From: Azolla caroliniana | Taxonomy: Eukaryota > Plantae > Polypodiophyta | NCBI GenBank assembly: GCA_043228905.1 | Contig: JBHGNT010000015.1 | Span: forward strand, 3,410,001 to 3,474,000 | DNA length: 64,000 nucleotides | Reading direction: 5' to 3' | Shown here: positions 12,313-25,264 of the stretch, piece by piece | Position numbering within the stretch: the stretch's first letter is position 1 | How the letters are laid out: each line of letters opens with the position of its first letter | Made by a program: the position numbers and the translations under genes | The notes under the pieces: model-generated | What the model saw: the letters and a program-made list of their open reading frames with translations, nothing else | Databases searched by the model: none | What the model was told of the DNA's origin: nothing

Positions 12313-12882
12313 ATGGAAAATCAATCGGAAACTAATAACATGATGGCGATGTTCGAGCGGATTCTACAAGAACAACACACGATGTTGGAGATTGCAGCGG
12401 CAATAGAGCGGCTCGTGCAACAGAACGGGCAATTCAAAGGGATGGATGTGTCGCGATATTTGCGGGATTACAAGGTGGAAATGCTACGGTGCGGAATATC
12501 AGAAGGATTACTGGTGACATCCTTCAATCGGGTGGCTACAGACGGGCTTCAAGGGAGTATCCACGGGATACGACAACAAAATCCGATGTGGGAAGCATTT
12601 GAAGAAGCGCTAAAGACCACGTTCGCCATCGAGGACTCCTCAAAGGGAACACGGAGAGGATTCGAAGATCTGGTGGAAACACCAAACAAGGGGTTGAAGG
12701 TCCTCGATGTGTTTTCGGCATTCAAAAGTTGGTTTGGGAGGTTGTCCACGAGAGATCAAACTATCCTCGCACCGGACAAAGTGATCATGTTCTTACGAGC
12801 CGTGGATGTCCGGAACTGGAAAGATCTTGGATTGCTTCTAGAGGACACCACTGCTGAGAGTGGCCTCACCAATACATGGTAA
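12313..12882 (+). pseudogene. gag: gag N-terminal part of element 3
   Basis: Homologous to 8280-8864 and 594-1439 (F.G.D...YL..Y..EM; FLRAVDV..LG.LLED). Confidence 0.85.
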
Positions 12883-13589
12883 AATGTGCAGGATATCGTC
12901 GCGCGATACACAAAGAGGGGGCAATTATTAGAGACATGAACTAATGTAAGCATTAGGGTGGATGCATGCTATGGTGTACCAGAAAAGTATTGTTTTTGGC
13001 CACAAAAATTGTCAGTACTTTCGATACTGGTAGTACTGAATAATTCAGAAAAAAAAATTAGAGAAAAAAAAAAAATCGATTTTGGAGAGTGGGGTGACTG
13101 TAGTACAAGTGTCATTTACTACAAGGAGTGGGGGGAACACGTGAGGAGATGTTCTTTCCATTTTGGGGGCTATTTTCCCCTCACGTCGATTTTGGCGCTT
13201 CCCCTCACGTCGTTTTTGGCGGTTCCCCTCATACTCCTCTTCCTCTATCCCTCTGCGCTCTTCATCTCAGACATCCATGTCACGTTTCTTCTTTTCCTCC
13301 AATCTAAGAGTTTTGTTAGGGGTTAGGGAGCAAATCTCAGACATCCATGTCAGGTTGGAGCTTTTGAGTTAAGGATTTCTGGTTTTTTTAGGGTTTTTGT
13401 TTTTGTTAGGGTTTAGGTTGAGGAACAGAGACTGTTATGAGGCCTCTTATAACAACCAATAGTGACTTCTTCGACAATGCCTTTCTTACTTCCACCGATT
13501 GTAGTTTATGTCGTGGTGATTTGGGCCTTTTTCCATCGAGGTGAGGATCCTTCCACCGAATCCATGCGGCATATCACAAATATTCAAGG

Positions 13590-14005
13590 CGCCCTCCACC
13601 ATTGGAGGTTCCTTCCACTAAATCAAGGTGGCATATCACAAAGATTCGAGGCGCCCTCCACCATTGGAGGTTCTTTCCAGCAAATCGAGGCGGCATATCA
13701 CACAGAATCAACGCTCCCGCCACCATTGGAGGTTCCTTACATCCAATTTTTTATTTTCAGGACTAAAATTTTTCATTTCTTCATTTTTCTCGTACTAAAT
13801 TTTTAGATTTTACAATTGTCAAATTTGTACATCGTGCTTCCACCATTGGAGGTTCCTTCCAGCAAATCGAGGCACCATATCACACTGAATCAATGCTCCC
13901 ACCACCATTAGAGGTTCCTTCCATCCATTTTTTTATTTTCAGGACTAAATTTTTTCATTTCTTCATTTTTCAGTACTAAATTTTTAGATTTTACAATTGT
14001 CATAT
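13590..14005. repeat. Subterminal repeats (CACCATTGGAGGTTCC, five copies) and a direct duplication with ~180-bp period
   Basis: Motif near 13597, 13659, 13721, 13841 and 13903. Region ~13660-13825 is repeated at ~13840-14005. Confidence 0.8.
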
Positions 14006-14155
14006 TTGATCCGTAATTCTAATGTTCGAAACAAATTATTTCTCACTTTGCAGGCCATATTTAAAAACATTTGACTGTGTTTTCTTAGTGTAGTCTATAC
14101 AACATTAACTACTCTCGCCGGACACTTAATTTTTTTGGATAAATCTAGTGACCAA

Positions 14156-17100
14156 ATGGGGGTCCCCAACGAGAGTGAGTTGTCAAGTAACTCATGTATA
14201 TCTGAAAGGACCAAGAGACGGGTGGTTCTTCACATAGTCCGTTATTTGGTAGAAATAACGAAGAGATTTAGTGAAGAGGATCATAGGGATATTATATGTA
14301 GAGTGTTACACCATCAACATTTGAATGAAGACATGGAGAGAATAAAATTTAGAGACCAATGTGTTTCAGAAGAGATTGTAGAGTCTATGAAGTCATCCCT
14401 AGACTTAGTGAAAGGTGTAGAGAGCATAGACAAACTTGCTGCAAAGAGGGCAACCCTACACATGGTTGTGAACGGTGCGAGAGAAAAAAAATATAGTGAT
14501 ACTAAAGTTGCCTTAGCCCTGGGTATTCAAAGAAGGAACTTGAGGAAACATCGCTGAAATATACACTCAAGCCAATTCAAGTGGCTGGGGTTGGGACGTA
14601 GACGACGATGCGATGCCTTATCTCAAGGCAGGGTAAATACCAGATTCACCCTAGACACTTCTTGGAGATGACAGAGGTATTCCATTTTTTTATATCAATT
14701 CACATTCCATAAATTTGTGTTTTGACCAAGTGTATATTAATGTTTGCTATATATATTGGTTGATGTAGGCTGAATTGTACATGAACTTTAAAGACCAACA
14801 TCCAAGCTTGACTGTTGGATTCCGCAAGTTCCAAGGTTTGAAACCATTTTATGTTAGAAAATTAAATGAGAGGAATACATGTTGTTGTGTGTACCACATG
14901 AAGATGGACATGTTAAGGCTAGGAGTGAATGCAATGCGTACTGATTCTAAGGGTATACACGGGGAATTATGTGTCTGCACTTGTGAGGTTTGTAGACCAA
15001 ATGGGGAGGATAATAGGTGTAATGCACGAAACATGACTTATGCATCCGTTTCTGAGCTATGGAGGTCTTGTATTTGTGAAAAAGAACCATCATGTGAGTG
15101 GCATCGTCATACATGTCTATTAAGAACATGTAAGGTTTGTCCGTTACCATTATTTTGTAGGCAGGAGCTTGATTTGGGAAACAGTCATATCGTGAAATGG
15201 AAATATTTAGAGTATGTGATTGAAAATATTGGCAAGGGACTTGTAACTAAGCATATCAAGGAAGTATATAAGGAGACATGTGCTACTACCCTTGTCTTAG
15301 AATTTAAGAAACAACTTGGGGAGTTGATTCCACATAACTTCCGGAGTTATTGGCAAAATTCACAGTTCAAGGAATGTATTAATAACTTACCAATGGGTGT
15401 CATCGTATCCGTTATTGACTTTGCAGAAAAATATACATTTAAAGTTCAAAATGAGGTTCAATCAATGCATTGGTACAATGATCAATGTACAATACTTGTA
15501 CATATTTGCTATTGGAGGCAAGACGGTGAGTTACATAAGAAATCAATATTTTACATTTCAAATGATAAAAAGCATGATACACTATTTGTTCAACATTGTT
15601 TTAAGCTTCACCATGTAGATTTATTGTCTCTAGGGTTAACCTTTAACCGTCATTGGGTTTGGTCTGATGGTGTTGCCTCGCAGTTGAAGGCGGCACGATC
15701 GTTCTACTTTATCGCCAGGTAATTTTTAATCCATATGTTTAGTACTTATCATGCAATGTGTAAGGAAGTAATTCTTGTGTTAGTGCATGCATACTAATTA
15801 TGTTTGTAACTATTCACATGGATGCATACTAATTATGTTTGTAACTATTCGAACACAACACTATTCACATGGATCCATGCATACTAATTTTGTTTGTAAC
15901 TAAGTTAATTGTTCTTGATTGATCAAATAGTACTATCTTGTCACGTGAATCTGTGTTTATTATCTTTTAATCCATGTGAAGTGTTCTCCATAGACAAAGT
16001 GTACTATGTTGTGTATTGTATCTTTACTAAATCAATATTTACGGAAGAATGTAAAGTACTCGTATTGTACTCTATAGTATTGTCCGTCCTTAAGAGAATT
16101 GTACTAATTATCTTTAATCCATGTGAAGTGTTCTCCATAGACACATTGTACTATGTTGTGTGTTGTATCTGTACTAAATCAGTATTTACAGAAGGATGTA
16201 AAGTACTCGTCTTTTACTCATAGTATTGTCTGTCCTTAAGAGAATTGTACTAATTATCTTTTAATCCATGTGAAGTGTTCTCCATAGACACATTGTACTA
16301 TGTTGTGTGTTGTATCTGTACTAAATCAGTATTTACTCAACTTGTACTCATAGTATTGACTGTCCTTAAGAGAATTGTACTAATTATCTTTTAATCCATG
16401 TTGAGGGTTTTCCACATGGACACTGTATTGTACTATGTGTTGTATCTGTACTAAAGAAGTAATTATCGAAGGATGTAAAGTACATGTCTTTTACTCATAG
16501 TACTGTCCTAGATTGAAGAGTTTGTACTAATTATCTATTAATCAATGTTGAGTGTTCTCCATGAACACACTGTATTTATTGTACTTGGTGTTGTATCTAT
16601 ACTAAATCAGTAATTATCGGAAGATGTAAAGTACATGTCTTGTACTCATAGTATTGTCTTATATTGAAGAGTTCGTACTACTTATCTATTAATCCATGCT
16701 GAGTGTTCTCCATGAACACATTGTATTGTACTATGTGTTGTATCTATACTAAATCAGTGTTTAGTGGGGGATGTAAAGTACATGTGTTGTAGTACTAATT
16801 ATCTTCTAAGGAGGGTTGTGTTCTCTGTGGACACATTGTACTGTATTGTGTATTGTATCTGTACTAAATCAGTATTAATGAATGTAAAGTACTCGTCGTT
16901 AGCAACATAATACTATTTGATATTGAAGAGTTTGTACTATTTATCTGTTAATTCATGTAGAGTGATTTCCATGAATTCATTGTACTATGCTTTGTGCTAT
17001 ATCCATACTAAATTAGTATTAATGGATGCCAAGTTCACATGGTTGACAACATAGTACTATTTATCTTTTAATAAGTGTAGAGTGTTCTCAATGGATATGT

Positions 17101-18096
17101 TGTGTTTTGCTTTGTTCTATATTTGTACAAAATCAATATTAATGGATGTGTAGTACTCTCGATTGACAACATAGTACTAATTTTGTTGGAAACCTGAGAT
17201 ACAAAAGCATGTATTTCTCCTTATTCAACATTCGTATGCAATGGAACTACTTTGGGTCTGGACATGGAAAAGGAGAGCATGATGGCGCGGGGGCTGTGAT
17301 CAAACGTGCCCTTACAAGTGAGCAGTTGGATAATAATGGTGCTAAGTTACAAAATGCACATGATGTTGTGTAGTGGCTAACATGGAAGATGTCAAATGAT
17401 GGTAAGAACAGATTGTTTGTTGAAGTTCGCGCTGATGAGGTTGATAGAACTAAATCATATGGTTGTAAAACCGTGAAAGGCACACGCAACACCCATTGTG
17501 TATTAGGGTTTAGCCGCAAGGACACAACATAATTGTTATTCCGTACTTTATCATGCTTTTGTTCCATGTGTATAGATGAAGCTTGGGATAAATGCATCAA
17601 CCTATCAATCGTCGAGCCCTGGAAGTTGCAGAAGCTTGAGCCTGAACGACAAGATGATATTGAAGAGGATGCGAATTCAAACGATATTGTATACTACAAC
17701 CAACACCAAGACTTGGTAGTTTTATTGGAAGTTGGAGATAATTTTGCAGTGCTCAAATCTCCTCAGAATGAAGATTTAGAAGACTACTACATTGTGGTGT
17801 GCAAGCAAGGCAAGACATTATTGAAAGAAGTGGTGAGGGATGGCTGGGGCAACAATTTCAGCCTTGGTGAGTCTGTCGTGTATGGAAACTATTATGCAAA
17901 GTTGCCGCAGTGCAAGAACACATATGCATTACTAAAAGAAGCACCGATCGCAATAATCTACGATGATGCCATTCTTGCGATCAAATTCAATATGACTCAA
18001 GCAAAGCACAAGGTTAAGGGATACAACACTGTCTACAAGGTCCCCCAAGAGGTTCATGAGCACATATTAGGGGAGGTCTCTCTATTTAATGCTTGA
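14156..18096 (+). pseudogene. Sola2-like transposase, multi-exon, with premature stops
   Basis: Exons at ~14156-14676, 14769-15718 (CCCVYH; DFAEKY..EVQSMHW; SNDKKHD; WSDG..SQLK) and ~17198-18096 (WNYFGSGHGKGEHDGAG; SCFCSMC). GT/AG intron edges. Stops at 14555, ~17370 and 17530. Confidence 0.8.
15960..17180. repeat. Degenerate tandem array (~130-150-bp unit) in the transposase intron
   Basis: TTAATCCATGTGAAGTGTTCTCCATAGACA and variants recur near 15967, 16114, 16261, 16391, 16538 and 16689. Confidence 0.85.
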
Positions 18097-19188
18097 AAGT
18101 CACCCTATCAATACATTGTACCAGAAAACTGAAAAACATCCACTTGTAGTTCACTATTTGATGTATTGATATATTAATTTTGATGATTGACAAATGAATC
18201 GATATAATTCCTTTCTTCTATTATGTATTATGAATCGATATATTTGATGTATTGAGACTATTTATTGAGCTTGTATTGTAAGTGTTTATGGTAATTATAG
18301 AGTTGCTTGTTTCCATGGTTTAAGGTGTGAAGTCTTCAATACTTCTGTATTGTCAGTGTTTATAGTAATTATAGAGTTTCTTATTTCTATGGTTTAAGGT
18401 GTGAAGTCTTGAATACTTAGTAGCCTAAATATGGCCCAAACTTATTCAACTATCAAGTCTCTATTGTGTGCACTCAAGTCATTATTCAACTCTAACCATG
18501 TGCACTCAAGGAGACCATACTTCGAAGTATCAATATACATATTAGTACTAACGCAAGTATCAATATACATATTAGATTAGTACTAATGTCAATTGCAAGT
18601 ATGTCAATTGCAAGTATTAAGTAATACATAGCAGTCTCCCAATATCAATTGCAAGTATTAAGTAATACATAGTAGTCTCCCAAAGTATCTCAGTTAGACG
18701 GATACATACATCTGATGTAAAGTTCGGTTGCATGACAGTATATACCAGTCTTCTAAATCTTCATCTGGTATAATGAACTGTATATAACATCTCAGTTAAC
18801 AATATAGAATTTTATTTGTAATCAACACAATCATGGCTGCATGGGAGTGTACCTAGGAGTGTGATAAATTCGTACCTCCCTCACCAAAGATCATTTCAGA
18901 ATTAGCAATATAGAAATTCAGATTACACTACAAGAGTTAACAATAGAATACATTTTCATTCTCTGCAATTGGCAATATTGAATTTCACACTGGTATAACT
19001 ACTAGATTTTGGTATACCAAATAGTTCAATTTCAAACATCACTAACAGTTCAGCTAAAGTTCAAGTACAATCGAAAGACACTGGTATAACTATTTCAGAT
19101 AAATGAGACAGTATTTTGGTATACCAAATAGTTCAATTTCTCACATTACTAACAGTTCAACTAAAATTCAAGTTCAATCGAAAGACAA

Positions 19189-22100
19189 TCAGGCACTAGA
19201 GGGAAATTTGGTTGATCTTGTAATGCGCTTGTTCTTGGTGCCAGTTTTTTCTGATTTTACATTCGTCTTTATCTTAAAGCCTTTAGGTATCAGCTGAGTA
19301 AGTGGCACTTCATCATCAGAGGCATCAGAGACAGGCGTGGATGCACGGGCACCTTGTACTAATGGCAAGCTTGAGAGAGCAACTGTGTTTTCTGCAACTG
19401 CAATGCTTGTACACACATCCACAAAGGTACCGTCGATAGAAAAATTATCACTCATCTCCTGAATGTGGGTTGTTTTAGTACTCATGTTGTTGCTAGTATG
19501 CTCAGCCTCAGTACAATTAGGCTCATGTATGTGGGCTACAACAATACTCCTGGCGAACTCTTGGCTGGTCATAGTCACCTCATTCTTAAGACCACTATGC
19601 TCTCCTTCTTGGGTCAACTCCTCTTGTACGGTGGCTATCACCTCATTCTTAAGAGAACCGTGCTCCCCTTCTTGGGTGGTCTTTATTGCCTGGTCCTCAT
19701 GGGTGATGCTAGTAGGCTCCCCTTCATTAGTAACGATGTTCTTTCCACAATCCTCATGGGATTCTTTATACACTACTAGCACATTCTCAGTACAATCAGG
19801 CTCCTCTTCAGTACTAGCGATGTTCTTTCCACAATCCTCATGGGTTCTTTAGACACTACAGATACATTCTCAGTACAATCAGTCTTCTCTTAAGTACTTG
19901 CCATATTCTTTCCACAGTCCTCATGGGCTTCTTTAGACAAATTATTGTTTGTACATGCCAGCTGCTCTTCAAATATGAATGTTTCGTTTTTCTCACAGTT
20001 CTCATGTGTGGAAGATGTGCTTCCAGAGTCTGCCTCCGTGCAAAGGTTAATCCCAAAATCTGACTCTGCACTTGTGCTCCATATAGTTCCCGATTCATTT
20101 GATTGCAATTGGGAATCAGACTGCTCTTGTAAACCTAAATAATGGGATTCCAAAGAATATTAATATCAACTCACATACTCAAAAGTTTGCAAACATACCA
20201 ACAACAATGAACGTAGGGTTAAGAGCCACTTTTTTACCTATTGTTACATTGTCATACTATACAGCCGTAGATACCCCATTGCAAGTGGTAGGCTCGGTCA
20301 TCTTCTCCACAACATCTAAGTGCTCAACAAGGTTGTTATGATCTATAGAATGCACCAAAAGCAACACTATCATAGGGTTGTTATGATCTAAATCATTGTT
20401 TTCAAAAACCGGCTTTTGACGTGTACCTGGGAGTGTGATAAATTCGTCTTCACGATTAGGTTTTGGACTCGTATCTCCCTCACCAAAGATCATTTCGTCA
20501 TCAACTAGTAACACAAGTACATGGTATTAGACAATGCATTAGGTTGACAACTCTCCGGACAGGTGAGACCATATATGACTCACCATTGCATTCAACTTTG
20601 CCTTTCTTGCCCTTTCCATACAACATTCTTGCAACATTCCTCTTCTTAGTTGGCTCTATTTCTAAAGAAATTACGCATTCAACACTTTCTCAAATGAGAA
20701 TTAAGATATGTTGGCAAAATTTGTGTTACCTGGATTGTTTTGATGTTGACCGAAGCTTGGGGAATTTGTTTGTAGAAGCATATGTTCCACTGCTCCAATG
20801 GCCCCTCTCATACATTCATCTTCATCATAAAACTCATAGGTTATTGGTAATGATGTTCCCTGAACCTTGGAATGTTCAGTAGATACCGAGGGTTTAGGCA
20901 CAGGGGCCGGTTGTTCCATTACCTTCCCTGGCGTGGAGTTGCTTGACACTACAACATTCATTGCAAGAAACCAAAAAACCTTCAAGGTTAGTACCGTGAT
21001 AAAAAATATACAATGTAGGTCACAATAGCTACATTACTAATTCATTAAGCTACACCTAGTTCCCATATTACACAACTAGTACTAATCGTGAACAATGTAC
21101 TACTCACTTAGATCCCAATTTACACAAGTAGTACTAATCATGAACAATGTACTACTAACTTAGTCAAATTACACAAGGAGTACTAAATTTCGTGAACAAT
21201 GTACCACTCACTTAGTTGCCAAATTACACAAATAGTACTAATCATGAACAATGTACTAATCCTGAACAATATACTATTCACTTAGTTCCTAAATTACTGA
21301 ACTAGTACTAATAAGGAACAGAAGTAGTACTAATAATGAACAATGTACTTCTCACTTAGTTCCCAATTTACACAAGTAGTACTAATAATGCACAATGCAC
21401 TACTCACTTAGTTCCCAAATTACACAAGGAGTACTAATCCTGAACAATGTACTACTCACTTAGTTCCCAAATTACAAAACTAGTACTAATCATGAGCAAT
21501 GTACTACTCACTTAGTTCCCAATTTACAAAACTAGTACTAATCATGAACAATGTACTACTTGCTAAGTACTAATCATCAACAATGTACAAGTATAGTGTG
21601 TACTAACACTAGTACTAGGCACGTTGTAATATAGATTGGACTAACATCTAATCCAACAAATGTAGATCGGATTTTAGTACTAACGTGGTATTTTGCACAC
21701 AAGTAATACTAAACGTGATATGTGTTCTACACACCTAATTACATAACTTGTACTAATTACACCAACAATATTAATCTTGAACAGTATTAGTACTAAACGT
21801 GATATGTGTTTGACACACCTCATTTCCAAATTACAGAAACTGTACTAATATTCAACAATTTACTATACACTTTGTTCCCAAATTGCATAACTAGTACTAA
21901 TTCCCAAGTTACACAAACAATACTAACAGTCAATAGTGTACTACAAGTATAGTGTCTACTAAACTAGTACTAGGCAAGTTGCAATATAGATTGGACGATG
22001 ATGTACCTGGTTCCCTTTTAGTACTAATTCTAGAAAATATCCCTTCAACTACACATACCAATTATATATTAAGAGTACCGCCAATACTAACCCACATAAT

Positions 22101-23587
22101 TAGGGTTCCACATATTAGTTGTTAGAGATACACTAATACTGATCCATTGTTCTCCTAAATTTGAAGTAGGAATTGTGGCGTACACTAGTTCTAATCCAAA
22201 TATAAATTGACATCATATAATACAAACAATAGAATAGTAGAGCCACATATTGTACGAGTGTACTTTTAAACCCCAAGCATAGTACCACTCAGCCGCAATT
22301 GTAGTTTTATAGTCCATACATGTATTCTCTTTCTCAAAATGATACTTAGCACATAGCACATGATATGTGTGCAAGCACGGTGTAATCACAACATCCATAG
22401 CCTCCAGCTTGAATCTGAGGCCACAAAATATACACCTGGCAGATTGCAAACACAAGTTATAATATATTAGCTAATATGATATTTATACCACAGAAGTAGA
22501 AATAAATAAGTTTTAAAGCCAATACTATGATATAGCTATACTAGTAATGGTACTTTCCATACCACTTGGGTGCTCAATTACAGATGGACACAAAGTTTCA
22601 AAACCTTTTTGTTTTAAATCCTGCATCAAGCACGCAAGGTTCTCAGAATGCAACTTTAAAGCTGACAACTTATTATCTATTTCGGAATGTGCATTCCTGC
22701 AAGTATCAAGGTCTCTCATCCGTGAACCTAATTGAGTGCCCATATTGTTTAGCTCTTTCTTCAACTCCTCTTTCAACACCTCACTTTCTGAATTTTGGAT
22801 TGTCGATGCAATCCATTCATATGTAGTCTTTAATGAAGAGAATTTCTTTTCTAACTGTACCTCAGCTGATTTAACTACTTCCAAATCAGCAAGTAGTGCT
22901 TGTATTCTTGAGCTCATAGATGCTATGCAACTGGCCATCATCTGTTCATTCTTTTCAGTCATTGTGGCCTGTACCTTTGCAGATTGAACTTGGTGGACAG
23001 GTGATGTAGCCGGAATATCCACATGAGAGGTTCCCGATGACTTCAAGCCAGTGTTGGTACTAGAGGACCCTTTATAATGTTCTGACCGGTGCCGATTAAA
23101 ATCTTCCCAATCTACGTCGATGCCACCCTGAACTTCACATGCAAATGCACGTGCAAAAACAGTACCCACCTCATTGTTACAGATTTGATTTGTATCATAA
23201 ACATGTTCATATCTCGTCTTCAATAAGTTGACATATTCCCTCTTCAATCAATCCACTTATGTGGAATCCTCGCCTTGTATCGGGATGTGCTGACCCCTAG
23301 GTTTTTATCAACCACTCTCTTAACTCAGGATAAACTTCAAGTCGTGCTTGAAGGAAATAACTCCATCCGAGAGGTGTGTCTTGAATGATGGAGTGGTACA
23401 TCGTCTTTCTCTGTGTTGATGAATTCATCACCCTTTCTCTTGTGGGTGTCTTCTTGCTTTCTTTGAGAGGTGTCCTTTTTCCTTCCTTCATTGGTGTCTT
23501 CACTTTCTCTTTCATCAATGTCTTCTTTATGGGTGTCCTTCTCGTCATTGTCCTAGTCATCACTATTCTCGTTGAATGAATATGCAT
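19189..23587 (-). pseudogene. Accessory gene of the Sola2-like element: basic N-terminus, coiled coil, RING-like finger, low-complexity C-terminus
   Basis: Co-oriented ORFs 23297-23587, 22525-23247 (heptad-rich), 22213-22455 (CIFC..CLHTYHVLC..C), 20701-20985, 20257-20514, 19890-20153 and 19189-19782 (HEDCGKN repeats). Confidence 0.55.
21030..21990. repeat. AT-rich tandem array (~52-bp unit TAGTACTAATCATGAACAATGTACTACTCACTTAGTTCCCAAATTACACAA)
   Basis: About ten recognisable units at 21077-21560, with a more degenerate tail to ~21990. Confidence 0.85.
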
Positions 23588-24466
23588 GTACTAGAATAAA
23601 ACTCATCAAATTACCATCAACACATAGCAAATCATCACATTGCATGTACAAGCCATGTTAAACACACAAAAACCCTAAATAGTCGGAAGAAAACTCATCC
23701 ATGTCTAACACATACAAATTAAAAACAGACAGACAAGAAACACAGAGAAAACAAAAACATACCAACAAAACGAAAACATAGCAACTCATCATAGCCAACT
23801 CCATCGAACTTGCATGTACAAACCATGTCAAACACACAACCACCCTAAACAGTCGGAAGAAAACTCACCCATGTCAAACACATACAAATTAAAACCAGAC
23901 AGACATGAAACACAGAGAAAATGAAAACATACCAGTTGGGCATGCAACACATAGACTATGAATAATCAAAACCTAAAAATGCCCATACACATACAAATTA
24001 AAAACAGACGGATAGGAAACAAAGAGAAAACGATAACATACCAGTTGGAGGCAGATGGAGCCAAGGTCAAAGGCAGAGATACCACACCTTCAGAGCACAC
24101 CAAGCCTTCAAAATCACCTATATGCAAGAGGTTGTTGACGAGGCTGCTGCAGAGGAGACAAACAAGCATTAACAGAGGAGACAAACGAGCATACGCAAGG
24201 AAAGAAAATCAACAACAAGAACATCAATCCGGGGAAACAGAAATCTCTGCATATACAGAGACAGAGATCGAACCTGGCACAAAGGGGAACACAACAACAA
24301 CTACGCAGGAAAACAGAGAATTGAAGGTGGAGTGAGAGAGAGAAACAGAAAGAAAGAAAGAAACAGAGATTCAAAGGTGGAGTGAGAGAGAGAAAGAGAG
24401 AGATAGGTAATAGATATGTGTTGTCTTTCTAACTTTCTGCCTCTATCTGTCTGACAACTTTGAGAC

Positions 24467-24566
<100 letters not shown>

Positions 24567-25264
24567 AACAGACAGAGAGAGAGAGACAGAGACAAAGACT
24601 AACCAACTATCACATTCCAAACCTTCTCCAGGTGTGCTTTCGTACAACTCTACCTAGGAGAAGGAAGTTACAATTAATGTATTAAATACGGCCTTGGGAC
24701 ATTTCGAGTGTGATGTATATTATCTTTGTACATTCGAGCGTGACGTAATGAATTTGTTATTTGAAATTGAACACCATTCAATAGATGATAATTGTTTTAT
24801 TTTCAATTTTTAATGTTTATTTTCTTCCTCGATTTAGTACTAAATTTTTGGCCAAAAGTTGGTACACCCTAGCATGCTTCGACCCATTAGATAAGGATAG
24901 CATATAGATAGATAGAAAGGAGAGAGAGAAAGAAGGGTGTCGATCCACCCGACCACCCCCGACCAAAGGGATCGAGACGGACTCGAGCCTCGATCGACGC
25001 CCCATACCACCGCCATGGCATCGAGTCGTACCTGGTGCTGGCGCGCTCGCTACAAGAGTTGACCCACCACAAGACAAAGTCTCGACATAGTCAACAAGAT
25101 GATCAAATGAGGGTAGCTAGGCCTCTTATTTATAGTGATACCCAAGGCCCCCAGGCAAGTTCACACTTGGCCTAATGGGTTGTCTCAATCCCGAGGATTA
25201 AAAGTAATCCTCCCCTTCTTTACACTCTCGTTTAACCCTCACACTTATCCACGTGTATAGAATA

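Larger units (their letters stand above)
11630..12925 (+). mobile_element. Truncated Trp-PBS Gypsy element 3 (5' LTR ~11630-12274, PBS 12279-12295, gag)
   Basis: The LTR ends ...CACGACA and is followed by PBS TGGTGAACCGATGTGAA. TATA near 12003. The LTR start is inferred from TGTCA at 11630. Confidence 0.75.

Noticed and set aside
21030-21600. Regular short repeats resembling a CRISPR array
   Set aside because: The units are contiguous and degenerate with no unique spacers. There are no cas genes and the context is a eukaryotic TE.
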